In this document: positions 48,899-58,600 of the stretch, in pieces
How the letters are laid out: each line of letters opens with the position of its first letter
Numbering within the stretch: position 1 is the first letter of the stretch
DNA from: a virus
Taxonomy: Duplodnaviria; Caudoviricetes
DNA: 64,000 nt
Direction: 5' to 3' (one strand)
IMG/VR virus record: IMGVR_UViG_2896262711_000007
Span: 1 to 64,000 of that record
Notes under the pieces: generated by a model
Database searches by the model: none
Told to the model about the DNA's origin: nothing
What the model saw: only the letters and a program-made list of their open reading frames with translations
Program-made: the position numbers and the translations under genes

Positions 48899-49285
48899 AT
48901 GCCAAATCTGAAGGGAAAGGCAATAATTGTACTCGAACAGGACTTTCTTCTAAGACTCGGCATCACTGTTACGCTTGAGGCCTGGGGATGCCGCATTGTC
49001 TCCGGAACGTCGTTTGACGAGATTGTCAAAGACATCAAGGCAAGAGACCTGCGCCCTTCAGCGATGTTTATTCCCCCGTTAGATAAGCAGCAGACAGGTA
49101 TTGAACTGGCGAGCCGCTTTGAAGCCGAACTCGGCTATCCACTCCCATGGATCGGCATGACCGCGGATTCCGACCTGATCCAGCGCTGGAGAAAGGAAAA
49201 ACTCGACGGCGTACTCTTGGAAATGCCCTCCACACCCACCACAATCCGGGCCGCCCTAAGCAAAGCCTTGCGACAGCAGCAGTGA
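48899..49285 (+). CDS. Atypical (pseudo) response regulator receiver protein
   Basis: Receiver pattern IIVLEQD..LEAWGC...TG...PWIGMTAD; phospho-Asp position reads SAMFIPP and KP reads MP. Confidence 0.7.
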   Translation: MPNLKGKAIIVLEQDFLLRLGITVTLEAWGCRIVSGTSFDEIVKDIKARDLRPSAMFIPPLDKQQTGIELASRFEAELGYPLPWIGMTADSDLIQRWRKEKLDGVLLEMPSTPTTIRAALSKALRQQQ

Positions 49286-49288
49286 AAC

Positions 49289-49397
49289 GCTAGTAGTCCA
49301 AGCCGGACAGATCGCCTCGTTTGAACATCCCTAGAACCAAGGCATTCAGCGACTGGTAAGAAACGGTATACGTGACGGTCCGTCTGTTGCAGACCAC
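49289..49397 (-). repeat. Right arm of ~108-bp imperfect inverted repeat
   Basis: Reverse complement matches 48614-48721; fills the gap between two convergent stop codons. Confidence 0.85.
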
Positions 49398-49891
49398 TAA
49401 GCCCCAAGTACTTGGTCAGGATGCGGAAGTTGTCCACATCGATCTTCAGAAGGGGTCGAACTAAGTTGCGCCTTCTCGCATGCATGCCTGTATGAGAGCA
49501 TTAAAACTCCAATAGCGAATGCGGCATCATGTGATCTTTCATGGAAGCCATCATAAGCATCTAAAGAACCAATCGCCTGTTGCCAAAGAGATTGATCATC
49601 AAGAAACATCATATTCATAGACCACGCCCCAAAAATTCTACTATCTGCATTTTTATTCAAAAAAATCCTTTTTATTCTGTGATGCCTCTTGTCTTTAACG
49701 ATCCTTCTAAATGTCTTACTCAAGCTATTAGGGGTGCCTTCCAGAGACTGGATGAAAACGCCCCCGCATTCGACCATAAACCCTGTTATATTGCTGCGCA
49801 TATTCAACCTTGCAGATGAGAAGCAAATCTGCATAATTTGATCGTACGGCAAGATGGAAATTAATTCACTACGTATGATGAGTCTTTCCAT
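49397..49891 (-). CDS. BLUF-domain protein lacking the conserved Tyr
   Basis: LIIRS (canonical LIYxS), SARLN..NITG, FIQSLEG, I.KDKRH, RIFGAWSM; AT-rich. Confidence 0.85.
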   Translation of the reverse strand: MERLIIRSELISILPYDQIMQICFSSARLNMRSNITGFMVECGGVFIQSLEGTPNSLSKTFRRIVKDKRHHRIKRIFLNKNADSRIFGAWSMNMMFLDDQSLWQQAIGSLDAYDGFHERSHDAAFAIGVLMLSYRHACEKAQLSSTPSEDRCGQLPHPDQVLGA

Positions 49892-50460
49892 AGGAACACC
49901 TCTAGGTTTTCTTGAAATCTACCGCAAAATTCTAGTCAACGTATCATATTGAATTATGGATTTACTTTTTATTTCGCTATTGACAATAATCGCCCCTTGT
50001 TCTTCATTACTCAATTCGGTTCTGACCAGTACACAATTTCTCCTGATTTCAGGGGATGTAACTCATGTCGCCCCCATACAAGCATCATGCGTGTTCCCCC
50101 AGCGAAGTAACGTTGCTCAAGTAAAATCATATTTGGGGCAGGTGGGATATGACGGTCAATCCAATCGACTTCCAAGTGCTGACTTTCATAAGGAAAAATA
50201 GCTCGCGCCATAACAATCCTCCACATTGCCAAGATATAAATATTGATTTGCAGTGCATTATATAAAACCGAAATATATTTTCAACAACCTACAAGTCGTA
50301 ACCTAAAGTCTTACGTTATGCTAAATTTAACATAGAGCCCCTTTGCTGTTCAGGCAGATTCCTCACCACATCGCCGCTTGCCGTCAAAATCAGTCAACCG
50401 AAGTCGCCTCGGCGGTATGGTTCCAAGGGGGCCGGCAATGATCACACGGCTCGCGCGGCA

Positions 50461-50668
50461 CTGAAGTCAACGGCGCCGTCGGCCGAAGACGCTGGCCTCG
50501 GTTAACAGCGCCGACGCGGCCAGCCTGTGGCGCTCGGTCTTCGTGGCCCGGATCTGCTTCTACGGCAACCTGATCTCAGGCGACACCCGGAAGCGTGGCC
50601 GCACTGATGATCAAGCGCTCGACGCCGCCGGCTGGCTCAACCGGCTGGCCGAGTTTCTGGAAGCGTGA
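50461..50668 (+). pseudogene. Remnant of a GH108-type endolysin C-terminal peptidoglycan-binding domain
   Basis: Frameshifted NGAVG(P)KTLASVN followed by ARICFYGNLI...Q...GWLNRLAEF stop. Confidence 0.65.
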
Positions 50669-50871
50669 TCGTGTCGATCAATCCCCAAAACCTGCTTGCC
50701 CAGGTGCAGTCCAACCTGCGAGTGCTTGAGTCCTGTCCAGATCACGACTTCCACCGTGAGGACCGATACCCGATGCCTGGCTACCGCTGCCCCCGCTGCG
50801 GTGCCCAGGCAAGCCTCCAGTCCGTCAGCGGCTATGTGCAAGGCAGGGGGCACGCTGGCGCGACCAAGTGA
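50665..50871 (+). CDS. Small phage zinc-ribbon protein
   Basis: GTGA overlap with the endolysin remnant; C.DHDF and CPRCG. Confidence 0.55.
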   Translation: MIVSINPQNLLAQVQSNLRVLESCPDHDFHREDRYPMPGYRCPRCGAQASLQSVSGYVQGRGHAGATK

Positions 50872-51277
50872 TCACGCGTCCATACTTTTTAGATGCTGAA
50901 ATGATCAGGGAATAATCTTCTTTGAGAACGCCTCACGAATATTAAGGTTCCATTTGCGGAACCGCTCTGTTTATGGAAGAAAACCGCAGCAGGAAAGCGA
51001 ACGTTCTGAGAACTCCAACCCAACACGTTCCTCTGCGACTATCCTAGCGCGGGCCTTTCCTTCCAAAGAAGGCAACCCATTGCCGTAGCCATTCCCCTTG
51101 ATCACCGCGCCCCGAAGCCGCTGGCGGCAACCACAAGAGAAACTGTGAGTGGTCATGATGTTTCTAGATAAGGAACCGAATGCGGGTTTACCGCAAGTTG
51201 ATTTCAAGCGGAAAATATGCAATTTATTTCCATGCCGATGCACTCGCACTCGTTCTTATCCACGGATCACGGATGCT

Positions 51278-51670
51278 ATGATCAATTCCCAACATTTTCG
51301 GATCTTGATTGTGGAGGACGATGCTCTTGTCCAGTTGGCACTTGCCGAAACGTGTGAAGCCGTCGGTTACTCCGTTACCTGCACCCATAATGGACACGAC
51401 GGGCTAAGGGCGTTCGCCGCAGCGCCGTTCGATGTGGTGGTAACCGACCTCAACATGCCTGAATGCGATGGCCGACGCATGATCCGGGAACTGCGCGACA
51501 AATGGCCGCGCCTGCCCATCGTCGTGGTGACGGCCGACCCTCCGGTCGGCGGCGTGCGGGACCTGAAAGGCGATGCGCCCGGTGTGACCGTCCTATTGCA
51601 CAAACCCATGCACGCTAATGCCTTGCTTATGGCATTGCGGGCGATCTTTGAAACGAAGGACATTCCTTAA
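51278..51670 (+). CDS. Single-domain response regulator (CheY-like receiver)
   Basis: ILIVEDD, DVVVTDLNMP..DG, PIVVVTA, HKP all intact. Confidence 0.9.
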   Translation: MINSQHFRILIVEDDALVQLALAETCEAVGYSVTCTHNGHDGLRAFAAAPFDVVVTDLNMPECDGRRMIRELRDKWPRLPIVVVTADPPVGGVRDLKGDAPGVTVLLHKPMHANALLMALRAIFETKDIP

Positions 51671-51697
51671 CCGGCTTCGACGCGAGCTGTTCGTTTC

Positions 51698-51943
51698 TCA
51701 GTCAGCGAGCAGTGCCACCCGCGCGTCTCAACCGTCCGGACTGAGCTTCCAGACACCGGGACTCTCACCCGGCGTCACCAGCCCCAGGTCGTAACACTCA
51801 ACCAGAAGCCAGCCGGGTGGGATTGTGTCTCTCTGCGCACAGATTTCTCCCGTGTCCAGATCGGCCGTCAACAAACATAGGATCTGATCCTGCGTCAGGT
51901 AGCCCAAGGTGGCGGTTCGGCTGCTGCACTGGGGCTTGGACAT
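51698..51943 (-). pseudogene. Paralog B of 48241-48480 with an in-frame TGA near the C-terminus
   Basis: LTQDQILCLLTAD...PGVWKLSPDG, TGA at 51728-30, then DARVALLAD stop, matching paralog A DG-R-DARAALLSD. Confidence 0.7.
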
Positions 51944-52022
51944 GGCGGCCTCCTCGGTTGATCCACCTCCGTCAGCATGACGCCAAACTGTATGTCGCGA
52001 CAATTCACCCTTTGACAAGATC

Positions 52023-52050
52023 GCCCGCACCATTCGGTAGCGGGCTTTTT
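52023..52050 (+). terminator. Terminator-like hairpin upstream of the holin
   Basis: GCCCGC..GCGGGC stem followed by TTTTT. Confidence 0.55.
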
Positions 52051-52072
52051 GCTGCCCGAAAGGAGGCATCTC

Positions 52073-52480
52073 ATGGCCATTGCAATCCCGCTCATCACCG
52101 CCCTGACGCCGCTGCTGGCCGACCTGCTGGACAGGATCCCGGACCCCGACGCCAAGGCGAAGGCCGCCGCGTCGGCAAATGCACAGCTGATCGCCATGCT
52201 CCAGGCGGGCGACACGGCGCAGCTCGGCGTCAACACCGCCGAGGCCGCCAACCCCTCACTGTTCGTCTCCGGCTGGCGCCCGGCCGTCGGCTGGGTCTGC
52301 GTTCTCGGTCTGCTGGTCCAGACCGTCGGCTATCCGCTGATGGGCTGGGGCTTGTCGATCTGGTCGCCCGGCACGCCCATGCCGCAGATCGACACGGACA
52401 CGCTGATGGGGCTGCTGGTGCCGATGCTTGGCCTTGGGGCGTACCGGACCTTCGAAAAGGTCAAGGGCGTGGCGCGCTGA
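52073..52480 (+). CDS. Holin (3TM holin family)
   Basis: LLDRIPDP..KAKA, VN.AEA..SLFVSGWRPAVGWVC, MLGLGAYRTFEK.KGVA; AGGAGG RBS. Confidence 0.88.
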   Translation: MAIAIPLITALTPLLADLLDRIPDPDAKAKAAASANAQLIAMLQAGDTAQLGVNTAEAANPSLFVSGWRPAVGWVCVLGLLVQTVGYPLMGWGLSIWSPGTPMPQIDTDTLMGLLVPMLGLGAYRTFEKVKGVAR

Positions 52481-52650
52481 CCACCCTGGCCGTGGCGGTG
52501 GTCAGCTACCGGGTGGGCCGTTCGGCCAGCTCCGCGGAAATGCAAGCTGCCGACGAGCAAGGTGCCGAGGAAGTTACACCGCCAACCGGCACGGGGTAGC
52601 GGTACTGAATTGTGCCGGTTTGGACGCCCTGCGACAGGATCCCTAGCTTA

Positions 52651-52782
52651 TTAGGGATCATCATTGAAAAATATTTCGATAAATGGGTTCGGTATATCAA
52701 AAAGAAAAGAAAGTATACTTGTGATCAGGAACATTATTACAAGGTATACTGCGACGATTGCGGCAACGTCGTTAGCATGCAT
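52651..52782 (-). CDS. 43-aa single-TM membrane peptide (below the ORF track cutoff)
   Basis: AGGAGGAAGAG-ATG; MHANDVAAIVAVYLVIMFLITSILSFLFDIPNPFIEIFFNDDP. Confidence 0.55.
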   Translation of the reverse strand: MHANDVAAIVAVYLVIMFLITSILSFLFDIPNPFIEIFFNDDP

Positions 52783-52975
52783 CTCTTCCTCCTGAGCCTG
52801 AACTCGCAGGTCAAGGCGTTAAACCTCCCTTCCATTTTTCTTGCCGTTGATATTGGCTAACCAGCTTATCTGCCTTCGGTTCCACGTGGATCGAACAACC
52901 CGTAGACCCGGCAGAGGTGGTGCGTCAAGACGATCAATTCGGGACTAGCGGTACGGTGGTGGCGACATTGGGCTC

Positions 52976-53665
52976 TCAGGCTGGGTTGATGGGCTCGACC
53001 AAATCGGCCCGGTCATTTCGCACATTGCCCACATCCCGGTGGACCGGCCAAAGCCGCGTCTGGTCCGCCGGGTAGGGGCGCATCAGGGCGACCAACTCGT
53101 CGGCGCCCACCTCGTCCTCGCCCAGCCATGCGGCCCAGGCGGTGGGAGGCAGGATCACCGGCATACGGTCATGCACCTCGTTGGTGATCTCGTTCGCCTC
53201 TGTGGTCACGATGGTGAAGGTGTGCAGCCACTCGTCGCTCGACGGGTCCTTCCAGCCCTCCCATAGCCCCGCGAAAGCATCCGGCTTCTCGTTGCTGGTG
53301 GTGCCGATGGCGTAGGGCTGCTTGGTCTTGGCGTCGAGCTTCTTCCATTCGTAGAAGTTGTCGAATGGGACGAGGCACCGGCGCTTCTTGAAGGCGCTCC
53401 GAAATGCCGGCTTGTCCGGCACCGACTCGGCGCGGGCATTGATCATCCGTGCCGCACCGGTGGAGTCCTTGGACCAGACCGGCACCAGCCCCCAGCGGAG
53501 CAGCGCGAGCGTGCGCTCCTTCGTCTCCGGATGGGTTCGGATCACCGGCAGCATCTGCAACGGCGCCGCGTTGTAGCGCGGGCTGAACTCGGGTAGCTGG
53601 CCGACCACACCGAACCGGGTGGCGATCTGATCGGTCGGGCTGTGGATGGCAAATCGTCCGCACAT
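52976..53665 (-). CDS. SOS response-associated peptidase (SRAP/HMCES/YedK) abasic-site protein
   Basis: MCGRF, RYNAAP, RWGLVP, INARAE, RRCLVP..FYEW, HDRMPVIL. Confidence 0.95.
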   Translation of the reverse strand: MCGRFAIHSPTDQIATRFGVVGQLPEFSPRYNAAPLQMLPVIRTHPETKERTLALLRWGLVPVWSKDSTGAARMINARAESVPDKPAFRSAFKKRRCLVPFDNFYEWKKLDAKTKQPYAIGTTSNEKPDAFAGLWEGWKDPSSDEWLHTFTIVTTEANEITNEVHDRMPVILPPTAWAAWLGEDEVGADELVALMRPYPADQTRLWPVHRDVGNVRNDRADLVEPINPA

Positions 53666-53942
53666 GCCGTCAGGATGATCATCCGAGTATGCAACGTCAA
53701 CCCGGCCACCCGGCTTAACGACAGCCCAGCCTCGCCGTCGGCAGAAAGCGGCCTACGGCATTGCTGTTCTTGCTCCACCAGCAGTTCCGCCAAATATTGC
53801 GATAAAGATAATTAGTCTCAACATAGTGACTCTGCCAAACATTACGCCATGCGCACCAGCTGCCAATAACGTCGTCCTACACCTTGGAAAGTCCGGATAG
53901 CATGTCGCTCGCACTTGAGATAAATCTGAGGAACCAATTCTA

Positions 53943-55010
53943 TTGGATCGCCTGCGTGACGGATGTGGGGAGGGGGCATTGTCGTCGTTGTTGCGTAACC
54001 AGCCTGCTGAGCTTGCTCCAGTCATCCTCCTGGAAATCATCAAGGCGCAGACGGAGATCGTCAGGCTGGGACCAGACCTCGGTGGCGTCATCACCTGCGT
54101 GGCGACACAGGTTCAGCACCTGACCAAGGCTAGCGGCGCGATCGTCGAGTTGGCGGAAGGTGATGATATGGTCTATCGCGCAGCATCCGGCATGGCTGGA
54201 GCACAGCTTGGCTTACGCCTGCAACGCAAGGGAAGCTTGTCCGGCTTGTGTGTCGCCAGCAACCGGATCCTGCGCTGCGACGACTCCGAAACCGACCCCC
54301 GTGTCGATCGCGAGGCCTGCCGCAAGGTCGGACTTCGATCCATGGTGGTTGCGCCCCTTCGGCATAACGATGTTGTGGTTGGCGTCCTCAAGATTGCCTC
54401 CGTCGACCCGAACGGGTTCTCAGAATCCGATGTTCGAGTGTTGGAGTTGATGTCGGACATGGTCGGCAGCGCTATGTATCAAGCGGTCAGGTACGAAACG
54501 GATGAGCTTTATCACCGTGCGACCCATGATCCTCTGACGGGACTGGCCAACAGGGCGCTGTTCTGCGACCGTCTGCGCCAGTGTGTGGTGGCACCGGAGC
54601 GCCGGTCGAGCCAGACGGGACCCGGCGTTATCATCTTGGACATGGATGGCCTGAAGCTGATCAACGATACTCATGGTCACCGAGCTGGCGACGCCGCTAT
54701 CTGTGAAGCGGCAGACCGAATTTCCAGGGTTGTGCGTCCAACCGACACGGTCGCTCGATTGGGAGGGGACGAGTTTGGGATTGTGATGCCTGGAGCTAGT
54801 GATCGCCAAAATATGTCGTGCACCGCTGAGAGAATCATTGGAGAGGTGAGTTTGCCCTTCTGCTTTGAAGCTGCTGCGTTGAGGCTGAGCGTCAGTGCCG
54901 GAACAGCGATATTTCCGGAAGATGGCACTGAGATCGACGTGCTGATAGAAGCTGCCGATCAAGCCATGTACAAAGTCAAAAAAGGTCGCGTGAAGACTCG
55001 GCACTATTGA
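53943..55010 (+). CDS. GAF-GGDEF diguanylate cyclase
   Basis: GAF domain (DPRVDREAC..VGLRSMVVAPL); HDPLTGLANR, D.DGLKLINDTHGH.AGD, RPTD I-site, RLGGDEF; start uncertain. Confidence 0.92.
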   Translation: MDRLRDGCGEGALSSLLRNQPAELAPVILLEIIKAQTEIVRLGPDLGGVITCVATQVQHLTKASGAIVELAEGDDMVYRAASGMAGAQLGLRLQRKGSLSGLCVASNRILRCDDSETDPRVDREACRKVGLRSMVVAPLRHNDVVVGVLKIASVDPNGFSESDVRVLELMSDMVGSAMYQAVRYETDELYHRATHDPLTGLANRALFCDRLRQCVVAPERRSSQTGPGVIILDMDGLKLINDTHGHRAGDAAICEAADRISRVVRPTDTVARLGGDEFGIVMPGASDRQNMSCTAERIIGEVSLPFCFEAAALRLSVSAGTAIFPEDGTEIDVLIEAADQAMYKVKKGRVKTRHY

Positions 55011-55825
55011 TTGATGCCGTCACTGCAGTAGGCGTTTCGTCAATGACAGCAGCCAAGTGCAGAACCGTTTTCCTCCATCCCTGGGGAGACGCTAGTGGGC
55101 GGATCGAGATGCTCGTACAGCACCCGCATGACGCCAATGGTGAGCCGCGACCGGTTGTACTGCTGCGGCACGGACATCAGGAGCCGCCAAGGCAACCCGG
55201 CGCACGCTGGACGATCAGCCGAGGACATTTTCAGTCCGTTCTCGCCATGGGATATGTGTCAGCGGCAGTGTCCATGCCCGGTTACGGGTTGTCGGACGGC
55301 CCTCCGGATTTCTGTGGTCCTCGCACCCAGGAAGCGGTGCGCATCGGGTTGGAGCATCTGAGAAACATGCCGGGTATCGATCCGAATCGGATGGTACTCT
55401 GCGGCTGGAGCCGGGGTGCGGTAGTGGCCGCCATGGTCGCCACGCAGGAGCCGAGCCTTCGTGCGCTGATCTTGAGCTCTGGCAACTACGACCTGCGCGA
55501 CCGGCGATCATTCGCCATCGAGGGCATCGAAGAAGCCTATCTCCATGAGACTGTCGGCGAGGACTACGACACTGGAATCCGAGCGCGGTCTGCGGCGATG
55601 CATGCTGAGGATATCCGGGCTTCGACATTGATCCTGCACGGCGATCTGGATGATCGCACCCACCCGGTACAGGCAGGTGCATTTTTCAACCAACTGGTCT
55701 CTCTTGGCCGGCCAGCCAGGATGGTCATGTTCCCCGGTGTAGGGCACAACCTTCCGCCCTGGCAGGAAGGGGAAGCGATTTTGGACCATTTGCGCAAAAC
55801 ACTGGGTGGATCGACCATCAGGTGA
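55007..55825 (+). CDS. Alpha/beta hydrolase (S9 peptidase/esterase-like)
   Basis: HG, PGYGLS, GWSRG nucleophile elbow, LILHGDLDD, GHN. Confidence 0.85.
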   Translation: MIDAVTAVGVSSMTAAKCRTVFLHPWGDASGRIEMLVQHPHDANGEPRPVVLLRHGHQEPPRQPGARWTISRGHFQSVLAMGYVSAAVSMPGYGLSDGPPDFCGPRTQEAVRIGLEHLRNMPGIDPNRMVLCGWSRGAVVAAMVATQEPSLRALILSSGNYDLRDRRSFAIEGIEEAYLHETVGEDYDTGIRARSAAMHAEDIRASTLILHGDLDDRTHPVQAGAFFNQLVSLGRPARMVMFPGVGHNLPPWQEGEAILDHLRKTLGGSTIR

Positions 55826-56087
55826 TGGGGTTGCGATTGCGCTTCCATATAGGGGAATTCCCCTATACAAAAACAACCGCCACTGCGGAAGGCCTACATC
55901 CACCTGAGGGCTGCAACTGGATCAAGCGCTCCCCCAGGAGTGCTCCAGGCAGGGATAAATGCGCCTGCTGAGGGCGGTCGGGGGAATGAGCCGGCTGGGG
56001 CGCGAGCGCATAAGGGTGGTATCGCTCACCGGCGATGGGGTGCTCCGGACACCCCGCCGGCGTGCTCAGCATCTGACCTGTGATCGG

Positions 56088-56627
56088 TCAATTTCCCCGC
56101 CCTTCGTACAGCGCGGAGTGGTCGGCATGCGCATGCCAGTTGTCCGCATACTGGCCAGCGAGCTTGCTGTCCTGAAGGACAATCAGGTTCTCGGCATTCT
56201 TCTCCTGAGCGGCCTTCGTGAAGTTGAAGCTCCCGGTCAGCACCGTCGCGCCGTCGATCACCATGACCTTGTTGTGGGCGATGGCGTGGCTGCGGTCGAT
56301 CAGAACCGGGACGCCGCCATTCCTCAGAAAGTCGGCACCGCTGTATTTCCCGGTGACGTTGCTCTTGTCCAGCACCGCCTGCACGTCTACGCCGCGCTTC
56401 TTCGCGTCAACCAGAGCCTTCGCGATAGGGGCGCTGGTGAACGAATAGGCCTGCACCAGGATCTGCCGCTTAGCCTTGCCGATCTCCGAGACAATCTGGC
56501 CCTGGCAGTCTCCGCCGGGGGTAAAGCACACCACCGGGATCTCTGCATGCCCGGCCGCCGGCGTCCCGAGCAGCAGACACAGCAGACCAATGGAACGGAG
56601 CGCGGTTGGCATCGATAATGGGGTCAT
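56088..56627 (-). CDS. nuc: Exported phospholipase D-family endonuclease (Nuc-like)
   Basis: Signal peptide; FTP, QAYSFTS, HNKVMVID, TGSFNFT..A..KNAEN. Confidence 0.88.
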   Translation of the reverse strand: MTPLSMPTALRSIGLLCLLLGTPAAGHAEIPVVCFTPGGDCQGQIVSEIGKAKRQILVQAYSFTSAPIAKALVDAKKRGVDVQAVLDKSNVTGKYSGADFLRNGGVPVLIDRSHAIAHNKVMVIDGATVLTGSFNFTKAAQEKNAENLIVLQDSKLAGQYADNWHAHADHSALYEGRGN

Positions 56628-56785
56628 GGCTTGATCCTGAAGGCGAGACGCATGGCTGGATCTTGTCCGTGGACATGCCGGCCGTCAATCGGCAGTCATT
56701 TCCCAAGCCAGCCCCAGATCCCCATGGTAGCGGTTCCAACCGGCCATTTGCTGCATGAGCGATATGCGACAGCGCATGAAAATGG

Positions 56786-58093
56786 TCAGGCCCTGACGAT
56801 CGGCACATCATCGAACTGAGTGGTGTATCGCGGCGACCGGGCTTCTTGCTTGAGCCGCCATCCGGCGCCGGCTGAGAGTCCCGTCGCAGCCGGCTTCAAC
56901 GTTTCCCTGCCCATCCGCGCGTTGACTGCGTCCAGTGCCGCCATGAGCCGGGCACCGCGGGCTCGGTCGGTCGCCTGGAGCAGGTCCGGCTGCACTCGTT
57001 CCACCGGCACTAAGCCGGAGAGGATGACTCCAGCCTTCGAAAAGGCGAATCCATCACACCAGATGCGTCGTGCGCCGACGACCGCCGCCGTGATCAGCGC
57101 GAAGGTGTCGTTGGTCGCCGGCTGTAGCTCGACGACTGCGGCGTTCGAATAGGCTGGCCCGGCCCGGAAGGGGGCCCGGAAGGGGCTTGTGTGCATGAAC
57201 ACCTGGATGCTCTCCGCGGCGAGACCACAGGCGCCCTGCCCTCTCAGCTTCTCGGCCGCCCGGGTGGCATAGGCTGCGACCGCCTGGCGCATCGCCTCCC
57301 ACTCTGTCACCGGCTCGCCAAATGAGCGTGTCACCGCGGTGCCCTTCAGCGGTGCCGGCGCAAGGTCGAGCGGCATGCAGGCGATGCCGCGCAGCTCGTA
57401 GACGAGCCTCTCGCCGGTAACCGTCAGCAGCTGACGGGCCAGCCGCGGATCGAGGTCGCGTAGGTCGGCGGCAGTCTTGACACCGAGCATGCTGAGCTTC
57501 TCCGCCGACCGCCGGCCGATCCCCCATACCTCCTCCACCGGCACCGTATGGAGCACATGCTCGCGCGCCTCGTGGTTGGACAGGTCACAGACCCCGCTGT
57601 CGTTCAGCAGAGCCTTCTTCGCGCCGAAGTTGGCCAGCTTCGCAAGCGTCTTGCTGCTGGCAATGCCGACACATGTCGGGATGCCGGTCCATCGGCGGAC
57701 CGTGGTTCGGATCTCCCCGCCATATGCCACGAGGTCACGGCCGTCGAAACCGTTGAGATCGAGAAAGGACTCGTCGATGCTGTAGTTCTCAAGCGCCGGT
57801 GTGAAGCCACGCAGGCAGTCGGTCACGCGGGCGCTGAGATCCCCGTAGAGGGCATAGTTGCTGGACAGGACCCGGACATTGTGGCGGCGGACGAGGTCGC
57901 GCACCTCGAATAGCGGCTGGCCCATCGTCACGCCCAACGCCTTCAGTTCGGCGGACCGGGCTACAAAGCAGCCGTCGTTGTTCGAAAGCACGCCAACCGG
58001 CACGCCCTCTAGGTCCGGCCTGAACACGCGTTCGCAGCTAACGTAGAAATTGTTGCAGTCCACCAGAGCGATTGCACGCGACCGTGCGGTCAT
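56786..58093 (-). CDS. umuC: Y-family DNA polymerase V catalytic subunit
   Basis: [41 protein letters not shown]. Confidence 0.95.
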   Translation of the reverse strand: MTARSRAIALVDCNNFYVSCERVFRPDLEGVPVGVLSNNDGCFVARSAELKALGVTMGQPLFEVRDLVRRHNVRVLSSNYALYGDLSARVTDCLRGFTPALENYSIDESFLDLNGFDGRDLVAYGGEIRTTVRRWTGIPTCVGIASSKTLAKLANFGAKKALLNDSGVCDLSNHEAREHVLHTVPVEEVWGIGRRSAEKLSMLGVKTAADLRDLDPRLARQLLTVTGERLVYELRGIACMPLDLAPAPLKGTAVTRSFGEPVTEWEAMRQAVAAYATRAAEKLRGQGACGLAAESIQVFMHTSPFRAPFRAGPAYSNAAVVELQPATNDTFALITAAVVGARRIWCDGFAFSKAGVILSGLVPVERVQPDLLQATDRARGARLMAALDAVNARMGRETLKPAATGLSAGAGWRLKQEARSPRYTTQFDDVPIVRA

Positions 58094-58539
58094 TTCCGGT
58101 GCATCCGGATCGTCGAATAGATCACACCCCAGACCTCAAAGCCGAGGCGATCCGTAACGTCCACAGGCCGATAAGCCGGATCGTCGGTGTCCGGGGCCAA
58201 GTAAGTCCGGCCGCGGCGGACAAGCAGGCGCTTGCAGACCAGCTCACCATCCAGCACCGCGACCACGACGTCATCATGGCGCGCCGTCAAGCTGCGGTCG
58301 ACCAGCGCAATGTCTCCGTCATGGATGCCGGCGCGGGTCATGCTGTGCCCGCTGATGCGCAGGGTGAAGGTCGCCGAAGGATGCGGTACCAAGACCTCCG
58401 CAAGGTCGATCCGCCCCTCCGCGTAATCGGCGGCCGGCGACGGGAAGCCTGCTGACACCTTGGCCTCAATCATCAGCACCTCACACGGGCTGATGATCAC
58501 TGGCTCCAGCCCCTGTTCAATCCTGCTCGCGATCCGCAT
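58090..58539 (-). CDS. umuD: DNA polymerase V accessory subunit (S24 peptidase)
   Basis: [32 protein letters not shown]. Confidence 0.95.
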   Translation of the reverse strand: MRIASRIEQGLEPVIISPCEVLMIEAKVSAGFPSPAADYAEGRIDLAEVLVPHPSATFTLRISGHSMTRAGIHDGDIALVDRSLTARHDDVVVAVLDGELVCKRLLVRRGRTYLAPDTDDPAYRPVDVTDRLGFEVWGVIYSTIRMHRK

Positions 58540-58600
58540 TGCGCCCTCCCCCTGCTGCAGCGCCCACCTCGGGCATCAGAGCAACAATGTGCGGCGATGA

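Noticed and set aside
49900-50340. Short ORFs in the AT-rich region upstream of BLUF
   Set aside because: Overlapping on both strands with no motifs; more likely promoter or decayed DNA
50602-50620. CTGATGA hammerhead ribozyme core
   Set aside because: No matching GAAA or stems; it lies within the endolysin remnant
56088-56627. nuc as evidence of a conjugative system
   Set aside because: No relaxase, coupling protein or T4SS genes in the window
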